Positions 41,729 to 53,316 of a stretch of 64,000 nucleotides of DNA are shown here, piece after piece. The DNA comes from Calditrichia bacterium (lineage in GTDB: Bacteria; Calditrichota; Calditrichia; JAJRVZ01). The stretch is taken from contig CAWCNS010000006.1 in assembly GCA_963796965.1 (NCBI GenBank), forward strand, positions 128,001 to 192,000, written 5' to 3'. Position numbers and translations under genes: made by a program. Every line of letters begins with the position of its first letter. The first letter of the stretch is position 1. A model generated the notes under the pieces. It was not told the DNA's origin. It searched no databases and saw only the letters and a program-made list of their open reading frames with translations.

Positions 41729-43018
41729 TTACTTAAGATTTACCTTCTCCTGCTTCATTGAATCTCTCTCACGAATTGTAACACTCCCATCACTCAATGT
41801 ATCGGAATCTATCGTTACACAGTAAGGAGTACCAGCTTCATCCATCCTGCGATAACGACGACCGATTGAACCACTCTCATCATAAAAAATCCGGAATTTC
41901 CCCTTTAGGTCATTAAATAACTTGCGCGCTATTTCTGGCATTCCATCCTTTTTGACTAATGGAAATATGGCAACTTTAATAGGAGCCACAGAAGGTGATA
42001 ATCGAAGAACAACCCGATCTTCTTCCTCTTCATAGGCATCAATTAAAGTTGTTAATAATGTTCGATCACACCCTACTGACGTTTCAATAATATAAGGTAA
42101 ATACCTTTCCTTCTGCTGGTCGTCAAAAAAACGCATATCCTTTCCCGAAAATTCTTGATGGCGCTTTAGATCAAAATCTGTGCGATTATGAATACCTTCA
42201 ATCTCGTGCCAACCAAAAGGAAACTCATATTCAATGTCAAAGGCACTCTTTGCATAATGCGCCAGTTCAGTATCAGCATGACTATGAAATCGTAACTTCT
42301 CCTTTCGTATTCCAAGACGTTGGTACCAGATCATTCTTTGTTCTTTCCAATATTCGAACCACTTCTCATCTTCATCAGGGTGGACAAAATACTGCATCTC
42401 CATCTGTTCAAATTCCCGTGTCCTGAAAATAAAATTTCCCGGTGTTACTTCATTCCGAAAAGCTTTTCCGATTTGTGCAATACCAAATGGAATCTTTTTT
42501 CGAGAACTTTCCCTGACATTATGAAAGTTTACATAGATTCCCTGCGCTGTTTCGGGCCTAAGGAACACTTGGTTCGCGGCATCCTCTATGGGACCCATAA
42601 AGGTTTTAAACATCAGGTTAAATGATCTTTGATCAGTAAAGTTTTCTCTGCACTCGTCATTTATAGGTTTTTTTCTATTCGGACAAATGGCTTCGTCAAG
42701 TTGGTCTGCCCGAAACCTCGCTTTACACTTTTTACAATCTACTAAAGGATCTGTAAATCCGTCAATATGACCAGAAGCTTCCCAAACTTTCGGGTGCATC
42801 AAAATGCTCGCATCAAGCCCCTCAATATCCTCCCGCTCATATATCATCGAATTCCACCATAAATCCTTGATGTTTTTTTTCATTTCGATCCCTAGCGGGC
42901 CATAATCATAACAACTATTAATACCACCATAAATTTCACTGCTTTGAAAAATAAAACCTCGCCGCTTGGCAAGCGATACTAGTTTATCCATTACCGTACT
43001 CGTTTTACTACTGCTCAC
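41729..43018 (-). CDS. glyQS: Glycine--tRNA ligase (alpha2 type)
   Basis: [42 protein letters not shown] start after AAGGAG. Confidence 0.95.
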   Translation of the reverse strand: MSSSKTSTVMDKLVSLAKRRGFIFQSSEIYGGINSCYDYGPLGIEMKKNIKDLWWNSMIYEREDIEGLDASILMHPKVWEASGHIDGFTDPLVDCKKCKARFRADQLDEAICPNRKKPINDECRENFTDQRSFNLMFKTFMGPIEDAANQVFLRPETAQGIYVNFHNVRESSRKKIPFGIAQIGKAFRNEVTPGNFIFRTREFEQMEMQYFVHPDEDEKWFEYWKEQRMIWYQRLGIRKEKLRFHSHADTELAHYAKSAFDIEYEFPFGWHEIEGIHNRTDFDLKRHQEFSGKDMRFFDDQQKERYLPYIIETSVGCDRTLLTTLIDAYEEEEDRVVLRLSPSVAPIKVAIFPLVKKDGMPEIARKLFNDLKGKFRIFYDESGSIGRRYRRMDEAGTPYCVTIDSDTLSDGSVTIRERDSMKQEKVNLK

Positions 43019-43103
43019 AGACGTCTCCTTAATTAATAGGGGATAATATGGTGTTTTAGTATTATCGACCATTATCCTTTAATTGTTTACTTTTTTTATA
43101 AAA

Positions 43104-43850
43104 TCATTTTAATATTTTTAATGAATTTAATTCCAACTTTTCATCAGAGTGATATCTTAGATATGAAAGTAAAAATTCTGTATAGGGAAATTCTTCTTCT
43201 ACCTTTAATGATTGTACGGATATAGTTTTATAATTAGTGCTTTGTAGTTTACTCAGGAATGTTTGAACATTTGTAGTTACCCGCCATACACCAATATTTG
43301 TACCGCTACAATTTTTACAGACCAATCCACCCCTTTGAAATGAGAAATAAAATTCAGGCACATCTAAATAACGTGAGCAGAGTGTACATGAATCCAGATT
43401 TGGTCGAAATCCCATGTACGAACTAATTTTTAATATAAAGAACCAAAAAATAATTTTAGGTTCTTTTATTTCTTCCATCTCTTCCAGTAAGGTTTTGATA
43501 AAATCAAAAAATATACCATCTGCGGAACCTATCGGGACTAATATAGAAATAAGTTCAAGGATAGCATAGGCATAACTTGTCCTTTCTATATCTTTTTTAA
43601 TTTGAGGGAAACTATTTTCGAGAGATACAGACCCTAAGATTTGTACCTGTCTCTTCGAAGAATAATATATGATAACTTCTATCAAATTGATTGACTCTAA
43701 TACACCTCCATAAGAGGACTTTAATTTACGTACGCCTTTTGCAACAACAGATATTTTACCCGTTTCGCGTGTATATAATGTGATAATTTTGGAAGTATCT
43801 TTCCATTTTATTGACTTTAGTACAATTGCTGATGTCTTTATTGGGGACAT
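43104..43850 (-). CDS. recO: DNA repair protein RecO
   Basis: AIVLKS, SKIITLYTRETGKI..AKG and a CxxC..CxxC zinc site. Confidence 0.9.
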   Translation of the reverse strand: MSPIKTSAIVLKSIKWKDTSKIITLYTRETGKISVVAKGVRKLKSSYGGVLESINLIEVIIYYSSKRQVQILGSVSLENSFPQIKKDIERTSYAYAILELISILVPIGSADGIFFDFIKTLLEEMEEIKEPKIIFWFFILKISSYMGFRPNLDSCTLCSRYLDVPEFYFSFQRGGLVCKNCSGTNIGVWRVTTNVQTFLSKLQSTNYKTISVQSLKVEEEFPYTEFLLSYLRYHSDEKLELNSLKILK

Positions 43851-43851
43851 C

Positions 43852-45213
43852 TTATAGGAAGAGAGGTGTTGATGATGAAATGATTAACAGATATATGAGG
43901 AGACCAAAAATATCATTTACTGTTGTTATAAAAGGGCCCGAAGCAAGGGCAGGATCAATATTAGCCCTTTTTAGAATAAATGGTATTAATCCACCAAATA
44001 AAGTTGCTTGTAAAATAACAAGATTTAATGCTAAACCGATTGCCAATCCCATACCAATATTTTGCCATAACCCAACAACAATGGCAATAGTCACACCAAA
44101 GATAAATCCGATTAAAAGCGAAACCCGAAATTCGCGAAAAAATCTTCGCCAGGTACTATCAATTGAAATCTCCCCTGTGGCTAATCCCCTAATTACGATA
44201 ATCGATGATTGGATTCCGCTATTCCCACCCATTGCCATAATTAAAGGCATGAAAAATGTAAGTGCGATAATCTGTGTAATAGTAGTTTCAAAACTTTGAA
44301 TTATAAATGCGGCTATCAATTGCCCTACAAATGCAATCATCAACCAAGGTAAGCGTACCCAGGATATTTTTAAAAATGAGTCCTCCTGTATTTCCTCATC
44401 ACTTGCTCCAGCAAAAAGAGAAATATCTTCAGAAGCTTCTTCTTCAACAACATCAATAATATCATCAATTGTTATTTGTCCAACCAATTGATGAGAGGAA
44501 TTCACTACCGGAAGCGCCACCAAATCATATTTTCTAAACAATATTGCGACTTCCTCCTGATCAATATCCGTATAGACAAATTTAATATCTTTGTTAATTA
44601 GTTTTGAGATCAGTGTCTTTCCCTTAGCCAGGACAAGATCTGTAAGAGATACGCTTCCTGTTAAAGTATCATTATTGTCTACAATCCAGATATTATGGAT
44701 AACACTAATTTTTTTTCTTGCTTTCCGAATTTCTTTAATGGTATCGTTGACTGAGAATTTTTGATTAATCGATACAAACTCTAACGCCATGATACCGCCG
44801 GCGGTATCTTCGTCATAGGTAAGAAGTTCTTTTACATCTTCTGATACTTCTTCGGGAATTTGCTCAAGTACACTTTCTGCAACTTCCCGAGGTAAATCGG
44901 AAATGATATCAGCAGCGTCATCAGAGTCCATTTTATCAACGAGGGATGAAATCCGCTTTTCAGATACATCCTCCAATATCTGATCAACAATAGGAGGATC
45001 CAATTCCGTCAATACCGCACTTGCTTTATCAGTAGGTAGAAGTGGAAATAGGTATTTCCTTTCATCCTTTTTAAGTTCGGTGAGAAGATCTGCAATATCA
45101 GCAGGATGAAGATCAATTAATAGGTTTAATAATGCTCCCTGATTTTTTTTCTCAATCAGATCACGAATACTATTCAAAACTTCTGTAAAATCTGTTTCTA
45201 AGATATATTTCAT
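43852..45213 (-). CDS. mgtE: Magnesium transporter MgtE
   Basis: HPADIA, DDAAD, CBS pair, RLPWL, GGNSGIQ, DPALASGPFITTVND. Confidence 0.95.
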   Translation of the reverse strand: MKYILETDFTEVLNSIRDLIEKKNQGALLNLLIDLHPADIADLLTELKKDERKYLFPLLPTDKASAVLTELDPPIVDQILEDVSEKRISSLVDKMDSDDAADIISDLPREVAESVLEQIPEEVSEDVKELLTYDEDTAGGIMALEFVSINQKFSVNDTIKEIRKARKKISVIHNIWIVDNNDTLTGSVSLTDLVLAKGKTLISKLINKDIKFVYTDIDQEEVAILFRKYDLVALPVVNSSHQLVGQITIDDIIDVVEEEASEDISLFAGASDEEIQEDSFLKISWVRLPWLMIAFVGQLIAAFIIQSFETTITQIIALTFFMPLIMAMGGNSGIQSSIIVIRGLATGEISIDSTWRRFFREFRVSLLIGFIFGVTIAIVVGLWQNIGMGLAIGLALNLVILQATLFGGLIPFILKRANIDPALASGPFITTVNDIFGLLIYLLIISSSTPLFL

Positions 45214-45228
45214 AATTTTTACCGGTAT

Positions 45229-46020
45229 TTAATTTTTACGAAATGTTGAAATTTCATTGGATAGATTTATATATTGTTGAATAAATAATTCTTCTGGACG
45301 TAAAGTAAGACTTATCGATTTGATAGTTTCTATATTCTTTTCCTTCAATAGTTTTTTTAGGCTATTTCTTAACATTTTTCTTCTTTGCTGAAATGCAGTG
45401 ATTACAATTTGTCGAAACAATTGATAATCTTGCAAATCTGATGTGTGATTTTTGGGCTCTATACTTACAACGGTAGAATCTACATTTGGTATTGGATAAA
45501 AGTTCTCTCTGTTTACTTCGAGTACCCTTTGAACATTATTATGATATTGTGCCATAATAGTTAAATAACTATACGCCTTTGTTCGGGGTTCGGCTAACAA
45601 ACGGTCCGCAACCTCTCTTTGTATCATCAAAACGGCTTGTGAAATATTTATGCCTGTTTCAAATATTTTAAATAAAATTTGTGATGTAAGATAATATGGG
45701 ATATTACCAATTATCCGAATACTTTTATTTGAATCAAATTTCTTAAATGAAACATCTAAAACACTTTCTTGTATTATTCTTATTTTTGTACCAAATTTTG
45801 TTTTAAGCAACTCTGAGAGTCTTGGATCTATCTCAATTGCTATAATTTTGTTATTTTTTTGTTTTATTAGATGTTGTGTAAGTACACCTTTTCCTGGACC
45901 TATTTCTATGATAATGTCATCTGTTTGACATTGCAAAGTATTCACGATCTTTTCGGCATATTTCTCATTAATTAAAAAATTTTGACCGAATTTTTTTAAA
46001 GGTTTAACTTGATTTGCCAT
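45229..46020 (-). CDS. rsmA: 16S rRNA m6,2A dimethyltransferase
   Basis: KKFGQNFL, EIGPGKG, GNIPY, QRRKML. Confidence 0.95.
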   Translation of the reverse strand: MANQVKPLKKFGQNFLINEKYAEKIVNTLQCQTDDIIIEIGPGKGVLTQHLIKQKNNKIIAIEIDPRLSELLKTKFGTKIRIIQESVLDVSFKKFDSNKSIRIIGNIPYYLTSQILFKIFETGINISQAVLMIQREVADRLLAEPRTKAYSYLTIMAQYHNNVQRVLEVNRENFYPIPNVDSTVVSIEPKNHTSDLQDYQLFRQIVITAFQQRRKMLRNSLKKLLKEKNIETIKSISLTLRPEELFIQQYINLSNEISTFRKN

Positions 46021-46787
46021 TGATCTTTTAAGTGAAATAAATTCTCGGTATTATCAGTCGTAATCTGTGCTAATTTGTCGATTGAGACACCCTTGACTTG
46101 AGATATTTTTTCTGCAATATAATTTAAATGCGCTGGCTCATTTCTCTTCCCCCTAAAAGGAACAGGGGCAAGGAATGGACTATCAGTTTCCAAAAGAAGT
46201 TGTTCCAAGGGGACACAATCGATTAATTTATTATAGTTCGCATTTTTAAAAGTTATCGGACCAGTAAATGATATATAGTAATTTTCACCTAATACGATCT
46301 CTAAAAATTTAATATCTCCAGTAAATGAGTGGAACACGCCACCAATTTTTTCTGCTTTTTCATCCTGAAGTATTGGCAAAATATCCCTATGTGCATCCCG
46401 GTTATGAAGGATCAAGGGTAAACCCAATTCATGGCCAATACGGATCTGAGCTCGCAGTGATTCTTCTTGTTTACTTCTGGTCGTATAATCTCTATAATAG
46501 TCAAGTCCAATTTCACCAATAGCTATTACTTTATTTTTATTTGCCAGATGTTTTATTTTATCAAATTCCTTTTTATCTACATTCATTGAATCATTGGGAT
46601 GAATCCCGACCGCGGCAAAAACAACCGCAAACCGAGCAGCAATTTCAACAACTTGTGCAGAGGACGCAACATCAGTTCCAATTGTAATAATAGCATCAAT
46701 ATTATTTTTTATCGCTCGCTGAATTACCACTTCACGATCTTCATCAAAGCTATCGAATTGCAAATGCGTATGAGTATCAATAAACAT
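45996..46787 (-). CDS. TatD family hydrolase
   Basis: DTHTH, GIHP, GEIGLDY, ETDSPFLAP. Confidence 0.93.
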   Translation of the reverse strand: MFIDTHTHLQFDSFDEDREVVIQRAIKNNIDAIITIGTDVASSAQVVEIAARFAVVFAAVGIHPNDSMNVDKKEFDKIKHLANKNKVIAIGEIGLDYYRDYTTRSKQEESLRAQIRIGHELGLPLILHNRDAHRDILPILQDEKAEKIGGVFHSFTGDIKFLEIVLGENYYISFTGPITFKNANYNKLIDCVPLEQLLLETDSPFLAPVPFRGKRNEPAHLNYIAEKISQVKGVSIDKLAQITTDNTENLFHLKDQWQIKLNL

Positions 46788-46950
46788 ATCATTCTCAGAT
46801 TAGTAAATGAGCAGGAACCATATATAATTTATAAAAGTTGCAACCCTGGGTTTGTTATTATCAGGCCTTATATTTAGTAATTGTATACTTTCAGCAATAA
46901 ACTGGATTAAGATTGTTGATTGTGTTTTCTGATTCTCTTAGTATAATAAA

Positions 46951-49010
46951 TCAACTGATACTTACACCATTCTTAGTTTTTTCAGATGGAGATATAATCG
47001 ATAACTTGGTTCCATCATTTGCTGCTAACAACATACCATTTGACATTTCACCGCGAATTGATGCCGGTTCAAGATTTACTACAATGACGACCTGTTTCCC
47101 AATTAAATCGTCTAAACTATAACTTTCAGCAATCCCTGCAATAATTTGTCTTTCTTCATTCTCAAGTCGCACCTGTAGTTTGAGTAATTTATTTGTTTTG
47201 GGAATTTTTTCTGCTTTTATTATTTCTGCTACCTTTAGATCAATCTTTTTAAAATCTTCAATAGATATGTTTTCAACTTTTTGCTTCTGACTTTCCGCTT
47301 TATGACCGTCACTCTTTAATTTTGCAACTTGTCGATCAATCACATCATCTTCTATCTTGTTAAATAATATTTGAGGGGGATTTATCCGGTGCCCTGCTTT
47401 AAAAATGAGCACACCTGCTTGCATCCAATATAATCCTTGACTATCATTCTGCATATTTAACATCTCTCTAATCTTTTCTGTTGTAAAAGGTATGAATGGA
47501 TCAAGGACAATGGAAAGTGTTTTAATAGTCTCGAGGCAAAGAGCTAAAGTTGTCGAACATTTCTCGATATCTGATTTTATGGTCTTCCATGGCATCTGAT
47601 CATTGAAATATTTATTTGCGAACCGGGCCAGATCCATCGCTTCACGAAGACCCTGTCTAATTTGATAATTACCAATAAAATCTCCTACTTTATCAGCAGT
47701 AGAGGAAAGCATTGAAATCAATTGTTGGTCATCTTCCTGTATTTGACCTATTTTAGGAACCTTGCCGTCAAAATTTTTATATACAAAGGTTAATGTGCGA
47801 TTAATAAAATTTCCCACTATATCAGCCAACTCATTATTGTATCTGGATTGAAAATCTTTCCAAGAAAAATCTGTATCTCTTGTTTCTGGTAAGATACTTG
47901 CCAGACAAAAACGTAATGGATCTGGATCAAACTCTTTTAAATAATCATCTAACCAAACAGCATAATTTCTACTCGTCGATAATTTATCTCCCTCTAGGTT
48001 TAAAAATTCATTCGCGGGAACATTTTCAGGTAAAATATAATCACCATGTGCCATCAACATGGCTGGAAAAATTAAACAATGAAAGACAATATTATCTTTG
48101 CCGATAAAATGAACCAATTTGCTATTCGGATTCTGCCAATATTCTTTCCATCTCTCCGGATCTCCCTTCTCAATAGCCCATTCTTTTGTAGCTGAGATAT
48201 ACCCGATTGGTGCATCAAACCATACATATAAAACTTTTCCTAATGCATCAACACCTTCGTCTTCTGCAATATCTTTAGGAACCGGCACTCCCCACGTTAA
48301 ATCCCTGGTTACAGCACGATCTTTTAATCCTTCCGAAAACCAGCTCCGTATTTGCCCTAAGACATTTGTTTTCCACTCCGGATGACTTATCGATCCATTT
48401 TTCCAAATCTTTTTGTGATTTTGCTAATGGTAGATACCAATGGGTTGATTCTTTTTTTATTGGTATTGCGTTAGTGATTGCACTTTTTGGATCAATAAGG
48501 TCTGAAGGACTTAAAGATATACCACATTTTTCACATTGATCGCCATAGGCTTCTTCATAATTACAACTGGGACAAGTTCCACGTACAAATCGGTCTGCCA
48601 GAAACATTTTTGCTTGCGGATCATATAGTTGATCATCTGATTTAAGAACAAACACTCCCTTTTTCGAGATAACTCTGAACATATCCTGGCTGGTTTGGCG
48701 ATGAATTGATGAAGATGTTCTTCCATAATAATCAAAACTTATTCCAAAGCTTTCAAAACTTGCTTTATTTTTATAATGATAAAAATCCACAATTTCCTGC
48801 GGGGATTTATTGTTCAGATCTTGCCCTGAGTATAATCGGTACCCCATGCTCATCAGATCCACAAATATAAATTATATCACTCCCTTTGAGTCTGTGATAG
48901 CGTACAAAAATATCTGCTGGGAGATATGCTCCAGCCAGATGACCCAAATGAATTGGACCATTGGCATAGGGCAGTGCACTCGTTACTATAAATTTTTCGG
49001 CTTTTATCAT
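46951..49010 (-). CDS. metG: Methionine--tRNA ligase (split by two or more frameshifts)
   Basis: [15 protein letters not shown], Zn knuckle, [15 protein letters not shown] and C-terminal tRNA-binding domain spread over several frames. Confidence 0.92.
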
Positions 49011-49130
49011 TATACCCCTTTACATTGAATTATTTATACGGGCGAAAAATATACTGAATCGTGCATTCCTGTACAAGAAATGTTTAAGATAGGGTTTTTA
49101 GAGGAGAATATAGGAAGTGAGGGTTCTCTG

Positions 49131-49939
49131 CTACTTTAAGTGTTCATTTACCTCATTAAGTGAAAATTCTTCAAACTCTTCACCGTCAAATCTAAGATAT
49201 ACTTTATCATTAAAGATATCCACTTTATCAACATAACCTACACCTCTTTCCATTTGTACAGGTGAGTCGAGAGCAGGAAATCTTTTAAGTGAGGAGTTGT
49301 AAAATCCTTTTTCGAAAAGGATACAGCATTTCAAACGACTGCAGATACCCGATAATTTAGAAGGATTCATTGGAAGATTTTGATCCTTCGCATCAGTGGT
49401 AGAAATTTGTGAAAAATTTTGCATAAATGACGTACAGCATAGTTGTTTTCCACAAATTCCAATGCCTCCTAATTTTTTTGCTTCTTCCCTAACACTTATT
49501 TGTCGTAATTCAATACGTGTTCTATATTTACTTGCTAGATCTTTCACAAGCTCCCGAAAGTCAACTCGTTGACAGGAGGTAAAATAAAAGGTGAGTTTAT
49601 TCTTGATCAAACTGGTATTCTACATCAACAAGTTTCATATTTAAATTTCTTCTTTCAATGTATTCTCTTCCGATATAAAATGCAGAGGACTCATTTCTCC
49701 TGTTATCATTCAAGTTTTTCAATATTCAGATTCTTCGCTTTTCGGAGTATATTCCCCGGTTCTTGTTTAATATCTTTAAGCATAACAAGGCGACCGGTTT
49801 GGGTGATTTGACCAAGATCTTCACCTTTATCAACTTCAACAACAGCAGAATCACCAGTTTTTAGATCTATATCATTTGAATTAAAATAATAATTTTTTCT
49901 ATTTCTCTTAAAGGTTACTTCAACAACTTCAGGTGACAT
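49131..49939 (-). CDS. PSP1/RicT (YaaT)-family protein (frameshifted)
   Basis: RVDFRELVKDL, RIELRQI, GICGKQLCC, SGICSRLKCC; N-terminus in a separate frame. Confidence 0.88.
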
Positions 49940-49954
49940 TACTATTACTCCCGA

Positions 49955-51055
49955 CTAATCGATCTGTTCTATGCAAATGTTTATTAATTTGAATTCCCAT
50001 TACTGTCAAAAGCAATGGGATATGAACATTTGATTCTGACATTTGAAATTGCATTATCAATTTCTATAACGAATTTGATTCAAAGTCTGAATATGTATAA
50101 CTTTTTGCAAATCGCGTAATTTCATCTTTAAAATCAATATTAATTAAATGTCAATTTCTCTGGTGAAGAAATAAGGTGAATGGTATCTTTAAACCACAAA
50201 ATAAGTAAATTTAAAATGTCCAGCAAGAAATTTTTATCCCTTTACGTTGGCAATGGAATCAATGATTCTTGTATATTTCACGGTTACTCCCCCTCGCTGA
50301 TAGCCTTTAAAAATTCATAGACAATTTTTCGCTTATCATCATTCTCCTGGTCGATAACCTCAAATATTTTCTTTAAATTGCCCTGTGAAATTTGGATAAT
50401 TCCTTGTCCTTTTCCGAGACAGATCTGAAACTTACCTGAGATTTGATGAGGCTTCATCAATTGATAAAGGGTGGAAAATATACAATTTGACATCTCGATT
50501 TAATTGTATCTAAAACAGCATTCAAGGAAGAGGCAATAAGAATTATCAGTAAATTATCCGGAGGTTCTTCCAGTATTTTTAAAAATGAATTAGCACTCTC
50601 ACGATTCATTTTTTCAACTTCTGTGAGAATAAATACTTTTCTTCTGTGCTTCATAAGGTGTAATTTTGCTTCGTTTTTTAAGCTCACGAATCTTGTCGAT
50701 AGAAATACTTGTTGGACCAGTATGATTCTATTTTAGAATATGGATTTTCTGCTTTTAATGATATTTTTTTTGAAGATCCTGAGGTCCAGATTTTGCTTCC
50801 GGAAATAATAAATTTTATATCTGGATGTTTCAGTTGACTTAATTTTTACGACAGGTTGCGCACATTCATTACAGGGTTTTGTTCAGATTCATTCAGACAA
50901 TTCAATGATTTAGCAATTTCGAGAGCAAATGATTCTTTTCCACCACCTTCAGGACCATAAAACAAATAAGCATGAGCAAAACGGTTGTTCAAGAAATTCT
51001 TTTTGATTCTATCTTTAACCACAGGTTGGTCAATAATATCTTTAAAATATTCCAT
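49955..51055 (-). CDS. holB: DNA polymerase III delta' subunit (multiple frameshifts; 3' end approximate)
   Basis: HAYLFYGPEGGGK, ANSFLKILEEPP and TIKSRC in successive fragments. Confidence 0.85.
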
Positions 51056-51199
51056 TGAGTTTTTAAGTTTTCTTTATCTCTTGATATATAAGTAAATTAA
51101 AATTGAAAATATTGCCAGTTTTAGTCATTATAACATGGTAACTTTTAGTCCGTTCTCAACGCTATAAAAATTGAAAACAACAGTTATCTAATCACCGAT

Positions 51200-51648
51200 G
51201 TCAATGTATATGGATCCCTTTATCCCATAGGAACCTCAGATCCTGATGGAAATGGTTTGCTGTTGAGATTACAATTTTATAAATGCCCTGTTTACGTAAT
51301 CGATCCATTATCTTAATTATAATCCCATGGGAAACTTCCTCATCTGCATTTAAACACAACACTTTTATCCGTTTGTGCAGAAATTAAAGATTCCACTGAT
51401 TCAGCAAGATTTTCTAATGTTACAGGATCATCATTTAAAAATAAATTTTCATCATTATCCACATAAACAATAACCTTTTGCGCTGTATGAGATTGGCTGC
51501 TCTCTAGCTTCCGGTAATTTTAATTCAATACCTGGTTGTTCCAAAAAAGTTGACGAGACAGTAAAAAAGATAATCAAGTATAAACAAAACATCAATCAGA
51601 GGTGTAAGATTTATACCAATTTTCTTGGTGGTTTTTCAGATAATTTCA
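51200..51648 (-). CDS. exbD: ExbD/TolR biopolymer transporter (frameshifted; 3' end approximate)
   Basis: Manual reading: GINLTPLIDVLFIL, PGIELKLPEA, ADEEVSHG..IKIMD. Confidence 0.8.
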
Positions 51649-51677
51649 TTATTTCACCAAATCTTTTTTATCCATAC

Positions 51678-52310
51678 TTAAATTTCTGTCTTTATCCTTT
51701 TGCGTTTGTTAATCTTGCCAATTTTTTGTATTAGAAAAATTGAATATTTTTCAATATCCAGCACAAAATTTTCAGCCTTTCTGGCAAAATAATTAAAAAA
51801 AATGAGGACAGGAATTCCTACAAAAAGGCCGGTAACCGTTGTTATCAGGGCTTCCGAAATACCTCCTGAAAGAGCTGCCGCCTGACCAATTCCTTGTTCT
51901 TTGATGACACCAAACACCTGAATCATGCCCAAAACGGTTCCCAAAAGACCCATCAGGGGAGATATTACAGCGATTGTCTCTAGAATTGTTAAACCTCTTT
52001 CCAGATGCCGAACTTCCTGGCGTCCCTGATCTTCTATTAATTCTTTTATATCAGCACGATCTAAATCGGTATTATCTAAACCAATCTTAATCAAATTTGA
52101 TAAGGGGCCACTGTATTTTGCACAAATGTTTTTTGCCAAATCCATATCTTGGAATGAACTGAATTGTTCTACTACATTAATTATGTCAGGAATAATTATC
52201 TTATTCTTGCGTAGTGAAAAAAAACGTTCAATAATAATTGCTACTGCTAAAACAGAAGCAAGAACGAGGGGGTACATCATGATACCCCCTCTTTCTAAAA
52301 TCTCAATCAT
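51678..52310 (-). CDS. exbB: MotA/TolQ/ExbB proton channel protein
   Basis: GGIMMYPL, SPLMGLLGTVLGMI, GISEALITT. Confidence 0.9.
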   Translation of the reverse strand: MIEILERGGIMMYPLVLASVLAVAIIIERFFSLRKNKIIIPDIINVVEQFSSFQDMDLAKNICAKYSGPLSNLIKIGLDNTDLDRADIKELIEDQGRQEVRHLERGLTILETIAVISPLMGLLGTVLGMIQVFGVIKEQGIGQAAALSGGISEALITTVTGLFVGIPVLIFFNYFARKAENFVLDIEKYSIFLIQKIGKINKRKRIKTEI

Positions 52311-52311
52311 A

Positions 52312-53207
52312 TCAGTTACTCCTTCTCAGATTCGGATAGATTAATCGGGCTGTAATGGTTAGCATCTCATCTGGAAAATTATTAGGTAGTGGTTTAAAGG
52401 GAAAACTTGCATTAATAGCATTTACACTTGAGACCTCCAAAGATTCATGACCATTATGCTCATGTACTTTAGATCTGATCAAATTTCCGTCCTTGGATAT
52501 ACTAAATTCAATAACAGTATATCCATGAATTAATCCCAGACGATGATAGGCCGGCAGGCGTAAACCAAACTGAATATAATTTTTGTTTTAATGCGTTAAT
52601 ATATGGGGCCCATTCCCAGGCATAAGTACTTAATGATATATCACCGACCTGATCAGACGAAAATTGTTTTTGATCATAGATATTATTTGTTGTACTCTGA
52701 CTAGCTTGCGCCTGTTGTTGGCTTTGATCTTTTTGATTTCTCATTATATCACTCTTGCTTGCTTTCCGATCAATGCATCTTTTGTAAATTTTTTTGTTTG
52801 ATATTGGTTTTTGAAAATGTTTTGTATATTGGGTTTTGTGAGATTCGGATAAGGATATTCCCTTCATTCATAGGTTGATTCCGAATATTTTCCAGTAATT
52901 GTCTGCTTCTTGCCATAGAATTAAAATCCGATAGAAGATCAGAATTTTCAGGTATTTCTCTGTTTTCATTGATATTTTCAACGATTGTTTTAGGTTTATT
53001 TTCCGGAAAAACAACTGTAACCTCTTCTGGAAGATCTTTTTCTTCTGGGGATAGATCAATAACAAACATATCCTGAGTGAAAAAAACAAGAAACAAAACA
53101 TGTATGATTAAGGACAAGAGAATAGTCCAGAAATATATTCTTTTTTCTCTATCCAGATTTTGATATTTATCTATAAAAACATGCATATTTTCTGAAGTAA
53201 TATTCAT
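52312..53207 (-). CDS. TonB/TolA-like energy transducer (frameshifted)
   Basis: TM anchor SLIIH, LSTYAWEWAPY, C-terminal FPFKPLP; upstream of exbBD. Confidence 0.75.
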
Positions 53208-53316
53208 AACGAATGCTGAAAATCATATAAGGGATCCTATTATCTAATAGACCAGACAAATATAATATTTATTCCGAATCAAATTACTCTTGAGTAATTA
53301 TCCAGCCCCCTTTTAT